Below, one piece after another: positions 1 through 9,114 of a DNA stretch of 64,000 nucleotides. The stretch's first letter is position 1. The number at the start of each line of letters is the position of its first letter. Source of the stretch: Ferruginibacter sp. GTDB lineage: Bacteria > Bacteroidota > Bacteroidia > Chitinophagales > Chitinophagaceae. Both the position numbers and the translations under genes were made by a program. Under the pieces are notes generated by a model. That model worked only from the letters and a program-made list of their open reading frames with translations, had not been told where the DNA came from and made no database searches. The stretch spans positions 64,716 through 128,715 of the forward strand of contig JAGOAX010000010.1 in the NCBI GenBank assembly GCA_017983695.1, read 5' to 3'.

Positions 1-129
1 GATTTGTTTGATCAATATGTTATTATCCGCCGCTGGGACGATCTTGCAAAAAAAACAGAACAACCATTACCCGATTTGTCGCATTATAAACAACTGATAA
101 TTGAGCATCTTTCATTGCAGTATAATTAA
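1..129 (+). CDS. phnZ: 3' end of HD-domain phosphonate dioxygenase, PhnZ-like (partial; not in ORF track)
   Basis: Frame 1 reads DLFDQYVIIRRWDDLAKKTEQPLPDLSHYKQLIIEHLSLQYN*; RRWDDxAK...P.L.HY matches the PhnZ C-terminus; sits directly upstream of a phosphonatase-like gene. Confidence 0.7.
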   Translation, partial: DLFDQYVIIRRWDDLAKKTEQPLPDLSHYKQLIIEHLSLQYN

Positions 130-144
130 ATAAAAAAATAAGGT

Positions 145-813
145 ATGATAAAAATGGTTGTATTTGATATGGCCGGCACCACTGTGCATGAAAACAACGT
201 GGTGTACAAAACTTTGCAAAAAGTCATTAACGAAGACGGGTATAATTTTTCATTAGCACAAGTACTTGCAGAAGGCGCTGGTAAAGAAAAACTGCAAGCG
301 ATAAAAGATATTATTGCAATGCAAAACATTGCACCGGATGATGCTATTGCAAATAAAATATACGGCTTATTTGTGGATGAACTGGCCACAGCATATGATA
401 GTTTTGAATTAAAACCACAACCTGGTGCCGAAGAAACTTTTCAATCTTTAAGGGATAGAAATATTTTGGCAGTATTAAATACCGGTTATAATGAAAAGAC
501 CGCCGTAAACATTTTAGAAAAATTACGTTGGGAAACCGGGAAGCAAATTGACGGGTTGATTACGGCAAGTGATGTACAAAATAACCGTCCTAACCCTGAT
601 ATGATTATGCTGGCTATGCAGAGGTTTGGGATTGAAAATGCAAGCGAAGTGGTTAAAGTGGGAGATTCTATCATTGATATTGAAGAAGGTAAAAATGCAG
701 GCTGTAGCCTTAGCATTGGCATTACCACCGGCGCACATACTTACGAACAACTGGTATCAGCCAATCCTGATCATATCATTCATCATTTACAAGAATTGTT
801 GCCATTAATTTAA
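145..813 (+). CDS. Phosphonatase-like HAD hydrolase (PhnX-like)
   Basis: FDMAGT motif I as in phosphonatases, cap AGKEK with Lys at the Schiff-base position, RPNPDM, KVGDSIIDIEEG, GITTG. Confidence 0.85.
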   Translation: MIKMVVFDMAGTTVHENNVVYKTLQKVINEDGYNFSLAQVLAEGAGKEKLQAIKDIIAMQNIAPDDAIANKIYGLFVDELATAYDSFELKPQPGAEETFQSLRDRNILAVLNTGYNEKTAVNILEKLRWETGKQIDGLITASDVQNNRPNPDMIMLAMQRFGIENASEVVKVGDSIIDIEEGKNAGCSLSIGITTGAHTYEQLVSANPDHIIHHLQELLPLI

Positions 814-819
814 TGGATC

Positions 820-2133
820 ATGCCAGCCACCATTTCATTAACAGAAAACAATACCAGCCGTGTAAAGCTAAGCAGGCAACCGTTGCTGCTGGTTATTTAT
901 ATTTCTTTATGTGCCTTTGTAATTTACAGTTGCATGTATGGTTTTAGAAAACCTTATACTGCTGCTACATACAATAACATTTTCTTTTTAGGCATTTCTT
1001 ATAAAGTATGTTTGGTAATTGCACAGGTGTTGGGTTATATGTGCAGCAAGTTTTATGGCATCAAATTTATTTCGGGTATGAAGCCAGAGCTCCGCTCTGT
1101 TTACATTGTTTTATTTATAGGTATTGCATGGGCATCGTTATTGCTGTTTGCAATAATTCCGCCGCCATACAATATCATCTGTATGTTTATTAATGGCCTT
1201 CCGCTGGGTATGGTATTTGGTTTGGTATTTGGTTTTTTAGAAGGCAGGAGAACAACAGAATTGATGGGAGCCATTTTAGCTACCAGTTTTATTTTTGCAT
1301 CGGGCCTGGCCAAAACCATTGGCAAATGGTTGATACTTGATTTTAATTTCAGTGATTGGTGGATGCCTTTTACTGCCGGTGCTTTTTTTGTAATCCCCCT
1401 TTGTATTTGTGTAAAGCTATTGCACCAGGCACCGCCGCCCAGTGCAGACGATATTGCACACCGCACCATTCGTAAACCAATGACTGCTGCAGAAAGAAAA
1501 CAATTTATAAAGCAGTTTGGTTTTGCCATTACACCAATCATATTGGCGTATGCAGTATTTACTATCGTAAGGGATTTTGTAGAAGACTTTGCCAACGAGT
1601 TGTGGACAGAAACAGGCTTTCAAAATAATGCAGGTGTATTTGCACAAACAAGTACAACTATTGCATTAATTACACTGGCCATTATTGCCGGTTTCTTTTT
1701 AATAAAAAGTAATTACAAAGCATTCAGGTTAAGTCATTTTTTAATAATGGCCGGAGTATTGTTATCTGCCATATCCACTTTTTGTTTTAGCGCTCATTTT
1801 ATTACACCGTTTACCTGGATGTTGTTTAGCACCACAGGCCTGTACCTGGCATACCTCCCCTTTAATTGTATTTACTTTGAGCGCATGTTAGCCACTTACA
1901 AAATAAATGGCAATATTGGTTTTGTAATGTACATAGCCGATGCATTTGGGTATTTGGGTACTGTAGCTGTTTTGCTGATAAAAGAATTTATACCGATTAA
2001 ATACAGCTGGATAAATTTTTTCAGTTTTCTTTTTTATGCAGCGGCAGCTTTAGGTGTGCTGCTTATCATTATCAGTTTAAGTACACACAGTAAATTATAT
2101 AAAAATTTATGCAACAAAAATCAGCCATCGTAA
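820..2133 (+). CDS. DUF5690 family MFS-like membrane transporter
   Basis: About 12 hydrophobic segments; YSCMYGFRKPY, LEGRRTTE, FASGLAK, RDFVEDF, YIADAFGYLG motifs. Confidence 0.8.
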   Translation: MPATISLTENNTSRVKLSRQPLLLVIYISLCAFVIYSCMYGFRKPYTAATYNNIFFLGISYKVCLVIAQVLGYMCSKFYGIKFISGMKPELRSVYIVLFIGIAWASLLLFAIIPPPYNIICMFINGLPLGMVFGLVFGFLEGRRTTELMGAILATSFIFASGLAKTIGKWLILDFNFSDWWMPFTAGAFFVIPLCICVKLLHQAPPPSADDIAHRTIRKPMTAAERKQFIKQFGFAITPIILAYAVFTIVRDFVEDFANELWTETGFQNNAGVFAQTSTTIALITLAIIAGFFLIKSNYKAFRLSHFLIMAGVLLSAISTFCFSAHFITPFTWMLFSTTGLYLAYLPFNCIYFERMLATYKINGNIGFVMYIADAFGYLGTVAVLLIKEFIPIKYSWINFFSFLFYAAAALGVLLIIISLSTHSKLYKNLCNKNQPS

Positions 2134-3251
2134 TTGGTGCCGGCATTGTTGGCCTTGCCAGTGCAAGAGCTCTTGCACAAAAGGGTTTTAGTGTAAAAGT
2201 ATTCGACCGCCATCCGCAGGCGATGGGTGCATCGATACGGAATTTTGGAATGGTATGGCCCATTGGCCAGCCATCCGGCACTATGTACAACCGTGCCATG
2301 CGCAGCAGAACAATCTGGAAGACCATTGCTAAGGAAGCCAACATCTGGCACGAAGAAACCGGCAGTCTTCACTTAGCATACAATGCAACAGAGTGGCAGG
2401 TATTACAAGAGCTGGAAAATATTTTTAAACAGGAAAAAAGAAATGTTACGCTTTTAGATAAAAATAAAATTGTAACCCTGTATGAACATGTTAACGCTGA
2501 TAATTTAATCGGCGGGTTATACAGTGCTGATGAAATGCTCATAGACCCCAGAGAAGCCATTGCAGCATTGCCTGAATACCTGGAAGAAAAATATGCTGTA
2601 GAATTTTACTGGAACAATTGTGCAAGTTATATTGCTGACCAAACAGTGTATGTTGGTAAAGAAGAATATGAAGCTGATATAATTTTTGTGTGTAGTGGTG
2701 CCGATTTTGAAACACTTTATCCTGAAGAATTTTCAAAACTACCCATAACAAAATGCAAATTACAAATGCTGCGTACCGTTCCCATGCCGGAACGCTATCG
2801 TATTAAAACTGCAATTTGCGGCGGCTTATCTTTATTGCATTACAGCAGTTTTAAAGCTGCGCCTTCGCTACCGATACTGCAAAAAAAGATGGCGGAAGAA
2901 ATGAAGCCGTATCTGGATTTGGGCATACATGTAATGGCTGCACAAAATGGCAAAGGAGAAATTACCATTGGCGATTCGCATGAATACGGATTGTACCTTG
3001 ACCCTTTTGACAGGGCATCCACCAATAAGCTAATTCTGGAGTATTTAAAAAGTTTTTTAAATATCAACAATAATTCCATTGCCGAGACCTGGAATGGTAT
3101 TTATCCCAAGCTAACCAACGGCGATACCGAAATTTTCTTTTCGCCTGACCATGGCGTATATATTTTGAATGGTGTTGGTGGTGCCGGCATGACCTTATCT
3201 TTTGGCCTTGCAGAAGAAGTGGTAGACCAGGTGGTGATGGTGACTGCGTAA
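2109..3251 (+). CDS. TIGR03364-type FAD-dependent oxidoreductase (DAO family, phosphonate-associated)
   Basis: GAGIVG Rossmann motif, GASIRNFGMVWP, GEITIGDSHEY, GVGGAGMTLSFGLAE. Confidence 0.85.
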   Translation: MQQKSAIVIGAGIVGLASARALAQKGFSVKVFDRHPQAMGASIRNFGMVWPIGQPSGTMYNRAMRSRTIWKTIAKEANIWHEETGSLHLAYNATEWQVLQELENIFKQEKRNVTLLDKNKIVTLYEHVNADNLIGGLYSADEMLIDPREAIAALPEYLEEKYAVEFYWNNCASYIADQTVYVGKEEYEADIIFVCSGADFETLYPEEFSKLPITKCKLQMLRTVPMPERYRIKTAICGGLSLLHYSSFKAAPSLPILQKKMAEEMKPYLDLGIHVMAAQNGKGEITIGDSHEYGLYLDPFDRASTNKLILEYLKSFLNINNNSIAETWNGIYPKLTNGDTEIFFSPDHGVYILNGVGGAGMTLSFGLAEEVVDQVVMVTA

Positions 3252-3364
3252 AAATTATTTATACTCTTCCATAACCGGTTAAATACATCAATTACTGCAC
3301 ACCCGGATATAATCATTGCCTTTGCACTTTAAAAATTTTATAGGCAGGGCAATAATGTACCGTG

Positions 3365-3442
3365 GTAACAATTTGGTAACATTAAGGAAACAATTCATTA
3401 ATGCTGCGATAACATTGCAGTAATCTCAACAGCCTCTCTTTG
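3365..3442 (+). promoter_or_regulatory. Putative Pho-box array (6 x 11-bp period) plus degenerate -7 element
   Basis: gtaaca 3365, gtaaca 3376, gaaaca 3387, ttaatg 3398, ataaca 3409, gtaatc 3420; TTTG at 3439 (19 nt after last unit start). Confidence 0.75.
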
Positions 3443-3446
3443 CAGC

Positions 3447-6239
3447 ATGAAAATTACGAACATGAGAAGCTACATCTTTATACTTACGTTTATTAGTTTA
3501 TCGTTTACAGCTCTTGCACAAAAAGGAAAGATAGAAGGAAAAATTACTGACTCAAAAACCGGTAACCCGATAGCTGGTATTTCAGTATTTGTTAAAGAAA
3601 CAGGAAAAGGTATTGCAACAGATCTGGAAGGCCGTTTTTCTTTTACGGTGGAAACGGGAAAGAAATATACTATTACCCTAAGCTCTACTAATTACGAAGC
3701 TAAAGAAATTACTGAGGTAGAAACCGGTGCCGATGGTATTGCACACCTTGATGTTACCTTAATACAAAAAGCTAAAACCGGCGAAGAAGTTATTGTAAAG
3801 AGCAGCACTGCAAAGAAAGAATCGGTAAGTGCCTTAATAGCATTTCAAAAAAACACCAATACAGTAGCTTCAGTTATTTCCGCCGAAGCTATCAGAAGAA
3901 GTCCTGACAGAAACACAGGTGAAGTGTTGAAGCGTTTACCAGGTACCAGCATTCAGGAAGGTAAGTTTTTGGTGGTAAGAGGTTTGGCCGACAGGTACAA
4001 CCAGGCGATGTTAAATGGTATTTTATTAACCAGTACTGAGCCAGACCGCAAAACTTTTTCTTTTGATATTATACCCAGTAATATGGTAGATAATATTGTA
4101 GTAAATAAAGCTTTTGTACCAGAACTTCCCGGGGAGTGGGCTGGTGGTTTAATACAGGTAAATACAAAAGATATTCCTACTAAAAATTTTTTCAATATTC
4201 AATTAAGCAGTGGTTTTAATACACAAACTATTGGTAAAGATTTTTACGAAGATAAAGGTGGCAAAACAGATTGGCTGGGTATAGATGACGGTACCAGAAA
4301 TTTACCTGCTGCATATACTACAAAAAGTGGTTTTGATACAGCAAGTTTTGCAAGTAAAACAGCTATGGGTAAGTCGATGCGTAATGCATGGGCACCCACA
4401 AAAATTGCAGCTCCTTTTAATACTGCTTTTGAATTGAATGGTGGATTTAAAGGAAAAGTATTTGGAAAAACACTGGGGGGCATTTTTGGTGTTACTTACC
4501 GCAAAAACAACAGCATTCAGGATATCGTAAACAGGCATAATAATTTTGAAAACGGAAGAGAGTTTAAGAATACTGACATTGATTTTAATGACGAACGCTA
4601 TTTACAAAGCACTGCAGTAAGTGCAATAGCCAGTTTATCGATGCAGCTGAACAATCTCAATAAAATTTCTTTAAAAAGTATTATAAGCACCAATACAGCT
4701 AACAGTACCATTTTAAGAAATGGTTTAGATGATACCCGTAACGAAGACATTATGGCTTATGAATATAGTTTTAAGCAAAATACTTTTTTTACTACACAAC
4801 TTACCGGCCAGCACAGCTTAACCAAGAGTTTAAAACTCAATTGGAATGGTGCTTTTACTATTTTAGATGGTTATTCTCCAGATCAAAGAAGGTTACAGTA
4901 TTCCAGAACTACCGGAACCGCAGATCCTTACAGAGCTATTGTATCCAATAACTTATCGCAGGCAAGTGGCAGCAGAATATATCAGATTTTAAACGATTAT
5001 ATCTACACCACCGGTGGTGATTTAACCTATACTTTAAAAAACAAGCAGACTATTAAAGGTGGTTACATGTTCCAGGTAAGAGACAGGTTGTTTGATGCAA
5101 AACTGTTTGCCAATTATTTGCCGGTTGATAATGATGCATTGAAACTATTGACACCTGATAAAATATTTGCACCCGAAAATTTTGGAAACGGCACCGATAA
5201 CAAGATAGCATTTGATGCCATCAAAGGAAGTACTTTCCGCTATTTGGCCAACACCATTTTAAATGCAGGCTACCTGCAAATGGATAACGAATTGTTTGAT
5301 AAACTGCGTTTGGTATGGGGTGTAAGAGTAGAACATTTTGACCAGTTGGTAGGTAGTGTAAAAAAATGGGATCCCCGTCACTCTTACTCAAAAGTAACTG
5401 ACTTTTTACCCGGCTTAAATGCTACCTACAAAATAAATCCAAAAACGAATCTCCGTTTGTCTGCTTCGCAAACAGTAATAAGGCCGGAGTTGAGAGAGCT
5501 TAGTGCACTTAACCTGTACGATTTTGAATTGAATGCTTCGGTTAATGGTAATCCAAACTTAAAACGCACCAAGATTACCAATTTAGATTTACGTTACGAA
5601 ATTTATAACCGCCCCGGAGAAGTATTTAGTGCGGGTGTATTTTACAAATATTTTAAAGATCCTATTGAGCAATTATTTAATGAAGGTATTGGTGGTGCAA
5701 GTACATTTAATTTTCAAAATGCTGAAAAAGCATATTCTGCAGGTATTGAATTAGAAGTAAGAAAAAAACTGGATTTTATTGCTGAGAAGATGGAAAACTT
5801 TACGCTGCAATCAAATATTGCTGTAATAAAAAGTAAGGTAACAGATGCGAAATTTAATTTAGACAGAAGCTTGCAAGGACAATCTAACTACCTGCTAAAT
5901 CTGGGGCTTTTATATGATGTGCCAAAACACGGTATAAACGCCACGGTATTATTTAATTTAATTGGCGAAAGAATATTTTTAGTAGGCGATAAAGCAGCCG
6001 GTGCATCATCTCCGGATGTGTACGAAGCACCACGCCCTTTATTGGATTTTCAATTAGCTAAAAAAGTAGCTAAAGGTAAGGCCGAAATAAAATTGAATGT
6101 ATCCGACATCATAAACAGGGTACAATATTTTTATCAAAACGCCAACAGCTCCAACGCTTTTCAAAAAAATACCGATGCCTACCGTTTTACCAGGAGGTTT
6201 GGTACAGCATTTAACGTAAGTATTAATTACTCTTTATAA
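3447..6239 (+). CDS. TonB-dependent receptor with N-terminal carboxypeptidase-regulatory-like domain (start may be 3462)
   Basis: Signal peptide, plug motifs (VVRGLADRYN, FSFDIIP, GEWAGGLI), barrel motifs (NPNLKRTKITNLDLRYE), C-terminal INYSL. Confidence 0.92.
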   Translation: MKITNMRSYIFILTFISLSFTALAQKGKIEGKITDSKTGNPIAGISVFVKETGKGIATDLEGRFSFTVETGKKYTITLSSTNYEAKEITEVETGADGIAHLDVTLIQKAKTGEEVIVKSSTAKKESVSALIAFQKNTNTVASVISAEAIRRSPDRNTGEVLKRLPGTSIQEGKFLVVRGLADRYNQAMLNGILLTSTEPDRKTFSFDIIPSNMVDNIVVNKAFVPELPGEWAGGLIQVNTKDIPTKNFFNIQLSSGFNTQTIGKDFYEDKGGKTDWLGIDDGTRNLPAAYTTKSGFDTASFASKTAMGKSMRNAWAPTKIAAPFNTAFELNGGFKGKVFGKTLGGIFGVTYRKNNSIQDIVNRHNNFENGREFKNTDIDFNDERYLQSTAVSAIASLSMQLNNLNKISLKSIISTNTANSTILRNGLDDTRNEDIMAYEYSFKQNTFFTTQLTGQHSLTKSLKLNWNGAFTILDGYSPDQRRLQYSRTTGTADPYRAIVSNNLSQASGSRIYQILNDYIYTTGGDLTYTLKNKQTIKGGYMFQVRDRLFDAKLFANYLPVDNDALKLLTPDKIFAPENFGNGTDNKIAFDAIKGSTFRYLANTILNAGYLQMDNELFDKLRLVWGVRVEHFDQLVGSVKKWDPRHSYSKVTDFLPGLNATYKINPKTNLRLSASQTVIRPELRELSALNLYDFELNASVNGNPNLKRTKITNLDLRYEIYNRPGEVFSAGVFYKYFKDPIEQLFNEGIGGASTFNFQNAEKAYSAGIELEVRKKLDFIAEKMENFTLQSNIAVIKSKVTDAKFNLDRSLQGQSNYLLNLGLLYDVPKHGINATVLFNLIGERIFLVGDKAAGASSPDVYEAPRPLLDFQLAKKVAKGKAEIKLNVSDIINRVQYFYQNANSSNAFQKNTDAYRFTRRFGTAFNVSINYSL

Positions 6240-6269
6240 TTTTTAAAATTTTAAAACATAAAAAACAAG

Positions 6270-7709
6270 ATGAAAAAGTACATTTTAATTCTATCAGCAA
6301 TTGTTGCACTAAGCAATACCGCTTGTAGAAAGATTGAAACAGACGGACAAATACAAGTGGTTACCATTAACACCGGCGGTGGCGGTGGTACAACAGGTCA
6401 AACTATTACAGTAGAAGGACGTATTACTTCGGATACCACCTTTAAAAAAGCCAATACCTACGTCTTAAAAGGTTTAGTGTATATAGCCAATAATAAAACA
6501 TTAACAATTGAACCAGGTACAACCATTAAAGGTTCATTCAGTGGCAGCGATGTTGCTGCATTAATTGTAACCCGTGGTGCAAAAATTGTAGCTAATGGTA
6601 CTGCAACAGAGCCTATTATTTTTACTTCTGCAAGCCCTAACCCACAAAGTGGCGATTGGGGTGGTATTGTAATTTGTGGTAAAGCGCCTATCAATACCAG
6701 TTTTAATGGTACTGCAGGTTTGTTTGAAGTAGAAGGTGGTGTTAATAATGCCAGTGGTGATGGTTTAGCAGGTAGCGGCGATGCAGTTGTACCTACAGCT
6801 ATTGCTAACGATAGTTCTGGCGTTTTACGTTATGTAAGAATAGAGTATGCAGGTTATGCATTTCAACCTGATAAAGAAATTAACAGTTTAACTATGGCTG
6901 CAGTAGGCAGCAAAACTGTAATTGAAAATGTACAAACTTATTTAGCAAAAGATGATGCTTTTGAATGGTTTGGTGGCACTGTAAATTGCAAATACCTGGT
7001 AGCTTATAAAACACAGGATGATGATTTTGATACTGATAACGGATATAGCGGTAAAGTACAGTTTGGATTAGCTATCAGGGATTCAGTAATTGCAGATGCC
7101 TCAAGATCGGAAGCATTTGAAAGTGATAATAATGCAGGGGGTACTACTGTTACACCAAAAACATCTGTTGTATTTAGTAATATGACGGCGATAGGCCCAA
7201 GGGCTACTGCCACAAGCGTAGGAAGTTCATTGTACAGGGCTGGTGCACATATCAGAAGAAACTCTGAAATGTCTTTATTAAATTCAGTAATTATTGGATG
7301 GCCCTTAGGAATTGAGGTAGATGGTACTACGGGTACAGCAACCGGCGCAAATGTGGGTACAGGTTTAGTATTGGCTAACAATTTTTTAGGGGGTAACACA
7401 GATAGCATTAAATATTCTGCCCCTGCAGGTTCTACTTATACCACTGCAGACTTAGTAACTTATTTTAAAGCAACTGCACAGGCAAACACTATATTAAATG
7501 GTACATTACCTAATACATTGTTTATACAGCCTTTTAACTACGCTACTCCAGATCCAACTCCCTTTGGCAATGCAACTGCAATAGTAACAAAAGCAAGTTT
7601 CACTAATGCAAAAGTTGCTGATGCCTTTTTTACTCCAACTAATTTTATAGGCGCTATTGCACCAAACGGTGCATTATCAAGCTGGTGGAAAGGCTGGACA
7701 AGATTTTAA
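6270..7709 (+). CDS. Lipoprotein with predicted right-handed beta-helix, partner of the TonB receptor
   Basis: Lipobox NTA-C; LTIEPGT, GDWGG, SGVLRYVRIEYAG, EINSLT, DDAFEWFGG, DDDFDTDNG, FESDN motifs. Confidence 0.8.
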   Translation: MKKYILILSAIVALSNTACRKIETDGQIQVVTINTGGGGGTTGQTITVEGRITSDTTFKKANTYVLKGLVYIANNKTLTIEPGTTIKGSFSGSDVAALIVTRGAKIVANGTATEPIIFTSASPNPQSGDWGGIVICGKAPINTSFNGTAGLFEVEGGVNNASGDGLAGSGDAVVPTAIANDSSGVLRYVRIEYAGYAFQPDKEINSLTMAAVGSKTVIENVQTYLAKDDAFEWFGGTVNCKYLVAYKTQDDDFDTDNGYSGKVQFGLAIRDSVIADASRSEAFESDNNAGGTTVTPKTSVVFSNMTAIGPRATATSVGSSLYRAGAHIRRNSEMSLLNSVIIGWPLGIEVDGTTGTATGANVGTGLVLANNFLGGNTDSIKYSAPAGSTYTTADLVTYFKATAQANTILNGTLPNTLFIQPFNYATPDPTPFGNATAIVTKASFTNAKVADAFFTPTNFIGAIAPNGALSSWWKGWTRF

Positions 7710-7738
7710 ATTATAAATAAAGAAGCCAAAAAATACCT

Positions 7739-7768
7739 AATCCCTTCAACTTATTGAAGGGATTTTTT
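7739..7768 (+). terminator. Rho-independent terminator of TonB receptor-lipoprotein operon
   Basis: aatcccttcaa-ctta-ttgaagggatt perfect 11-bp stem then T run. Confidence 0.85.
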
Positions 7769-7769
7769 A

Positions 7770-7826
7770 ATAACATTAATATCATTTTTGAATAATTATT
7801 TGGTAATACTACAAGGGCATCTTGCA
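7770..7826 (+). promoter_or_regulatory. Putative Pho-box array plus degenerate -7 element with no downstream CDS
   Basis: ataaca 7770, atcatt 7781, ataatt 7792, gtaata 7803; CTTGCA at 7821 (18 nt offset). Confidence 0.45.
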
Positions 7827-7829
7827 CCC

Positions 7830-7927
7830 GTAAACATAAAGCAGTTTAGTTTAATTTCTTAAGCAATAAGCAAATAGTCACATGCTTGTAAACCACCCGT
7901 TAGTCTTATCTGGGTGGTTCATTTTTT
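7830..7927 (+). ncRNA. Candidate phosphate-regulated small RNA (about 100 nt; 5' end approximate)
   Basis: Lies between the putative promoter and a GC-rich hairpin aaccacccg...tgggtggtt (7891-7919) followed by T6; no credible ORF. Confidence 0.3.
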
Positions 7928-7938
7928 ATCATCCGGTA

Positions 7939-7966
7939 TGTTAAATTAAGGTTACCAAATTGTTAC
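7939..7966 (-). promoter_or_regulatory. Reverse-oriented Pho-box-like array (3 x 11 bp)
   Basis: tgttaa 7939, ggttac 7950, tgttac 7961 (reverse complements ttaaca, gtaacc, gtaaca). Confidence 0.55.
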
Positions 7967-8058
7967 TATGCACATTTAAATCACATTCTTTTGCACAGCC
8001 TTGATTTAAAAAATTATGAAATTATATTCACATTCTAAAAAAACAAAAACTATAGTTT

Positions 8059-8550
8059 ATGAAATGGGTTAGCGTAAACAATGGTACTTCAAACGAAAAC
8101 TTTGAATTGTGGGAAGCCGATAAAAAATTAGCGGTTATCTCATTTAGCAATACCACACGTATTGCAAGAATTGTAAGCAACTTAGGCAAGCGGCTTTTCT
8201 TTTTTGAGAAAAAAGGATTGCTCACGCCAAAAGCTGTATTTAAAAATGAGTATGGTATAAAAATGGGTAAGCTGGAGCTGGAAAAACCCGGTGCCCAAAA
8301 TGGCTACCTGGAAATTGAAGAAAAAAAATACCGTTATGTTTTTAATGCCAATAATAATGGCGAACTAAATGTATATAACGAAACGATGAGTGAAACACTT
8401 ATTACCTGTAATTTCCCTGCTCCATCAAATTCGGTATCTAAAAATTCGTCTTTTTTAGATACTAAATTATCGAGCCTGTTACTTATACTTTGCTGGTATT
8501 CTTTTCAGCCTAAAAACACACATACCCAGGTAATGGAAGCCATTGCCTGA
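8059..8550 (+). CDS. Hypothetical protein
   Basis: 163-aa ORF with A-rich initiation region, TTTG element at 7990 upstream and terminator downstream. Confidence 0.75.
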   Translation: MKWVSVNNGTSNENFELWEADKKLAVISFSNTTRIARIVSNLGKRLFFFEKKGLLTPKAVFKNEYGIKMGKLELEKPGAQNGYLEIEEKKYRYVFNANNNGELNVYNETMSETLITCNFPAPSNSVSKNSSFLDTKLSSLLLILCWYSFQPKNTHTQVMEAIA

Positions 8551-8585
8551 TACTGATTTATTATTGTCATTAACTTTCTCCTGGT

Positions 8586-8616
8586 AAAAGTCACTTGTTA
8601 TACAAGTGACTTTTTT
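8586..8616 (+). terminator. Rho-independent terminator
   Basis: aaaagtcacttgt-tat-acaagtgactttt perfect 13-bp stem. Confidence 0.85.
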
Positions 8617-8627
8617 ATATTTACAGC

Positions 8628-9032
8628 ATGATGATGAAATATATTCTTTTGCTTCTATTGCTCCCGGTGCTGTTTTCCTGCACAAACCCCACCGGCATTA
8701 AAGAAATAATTACAGGTGCCGATAGTGTAGCCATCAATTATTTTAAAGGCGATGGCACTGCGGATACTGTAGTTAATATGGCAATGCTGAAAGATAAAAG
8801 CCAGATCAATAAACTGGCCGGTTATGTTGAAGCCGCCAAAGCAGAGCAATACAAATGCGGTTACGATGGCTCCATTCATATATTTAAAAGAGATGTAGTT
8901 TTGCAGGACATCAATTTTAGTTTTAACGATGTGCAATGCATGCATTTTTCATTTCTATTAAAAAATCAATTATACAGCACAAAACTTTCTGCCGAAGCGC
9001 TGCAGTTTATTAAATCAGTTAATAAAAAATAA
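8628..9032 (+). CDS. Hypothetical lipoprotein
   Basis: Signal peptide II with LFS-C lipobox. Confidence 0.75.
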   Translation: MMMKYILLLLLLPVLFSCTNPTGIKEIITGADSVAINYFKGDGTADTVVNMAMLKDKSQINKLAGYVEAAKAEQYKCGYDGSIHIFKRDVVLQDINFSFNDVQCMHFSFLLKNQLYSTKLSAEALQFIKSVNKK

Positions 9033-9044
9033 TACTGCCGTTTT

Positions 9045-9100
9045 GTAACAATTAAGTAATACTGTGTTTACAGCAGGTTTACATAGCAGGTGTTTCTTTG
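9045..9100 (+). promoter_or_regulatory. Putative Pho-box array (4 x 11 bp) plus degenerate -7 element
   Basis: gtaaca 9045, gtaata 9056, tttaca 9067, tttaca 9078; TTTG at 9097 (19 nt offset). Confidence 0.7.
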
Positions 9101-9114
9101 TAAAACATCTGTAA

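Noticed and set aside
1101-1595. 164-aa minus-strand ORF
   Set aside because: Antisense shadow of DUF5690; no motifs
3314-3354. attgcctttgc...gcagggcaat hairpin as terminator
   Set aside because: Imperfect stem and no T tract
3365-3425. 11-bp arrays or heptamer runs as CRISPR
   Set aside because: No 23-47 bp repeats with unique spacers and no cas genes
7882-7944. 20-aa ORF MLVNHPLVLSGWFIFYHPVC
   Set aside because: Runs through the terminator hairpin; no other support
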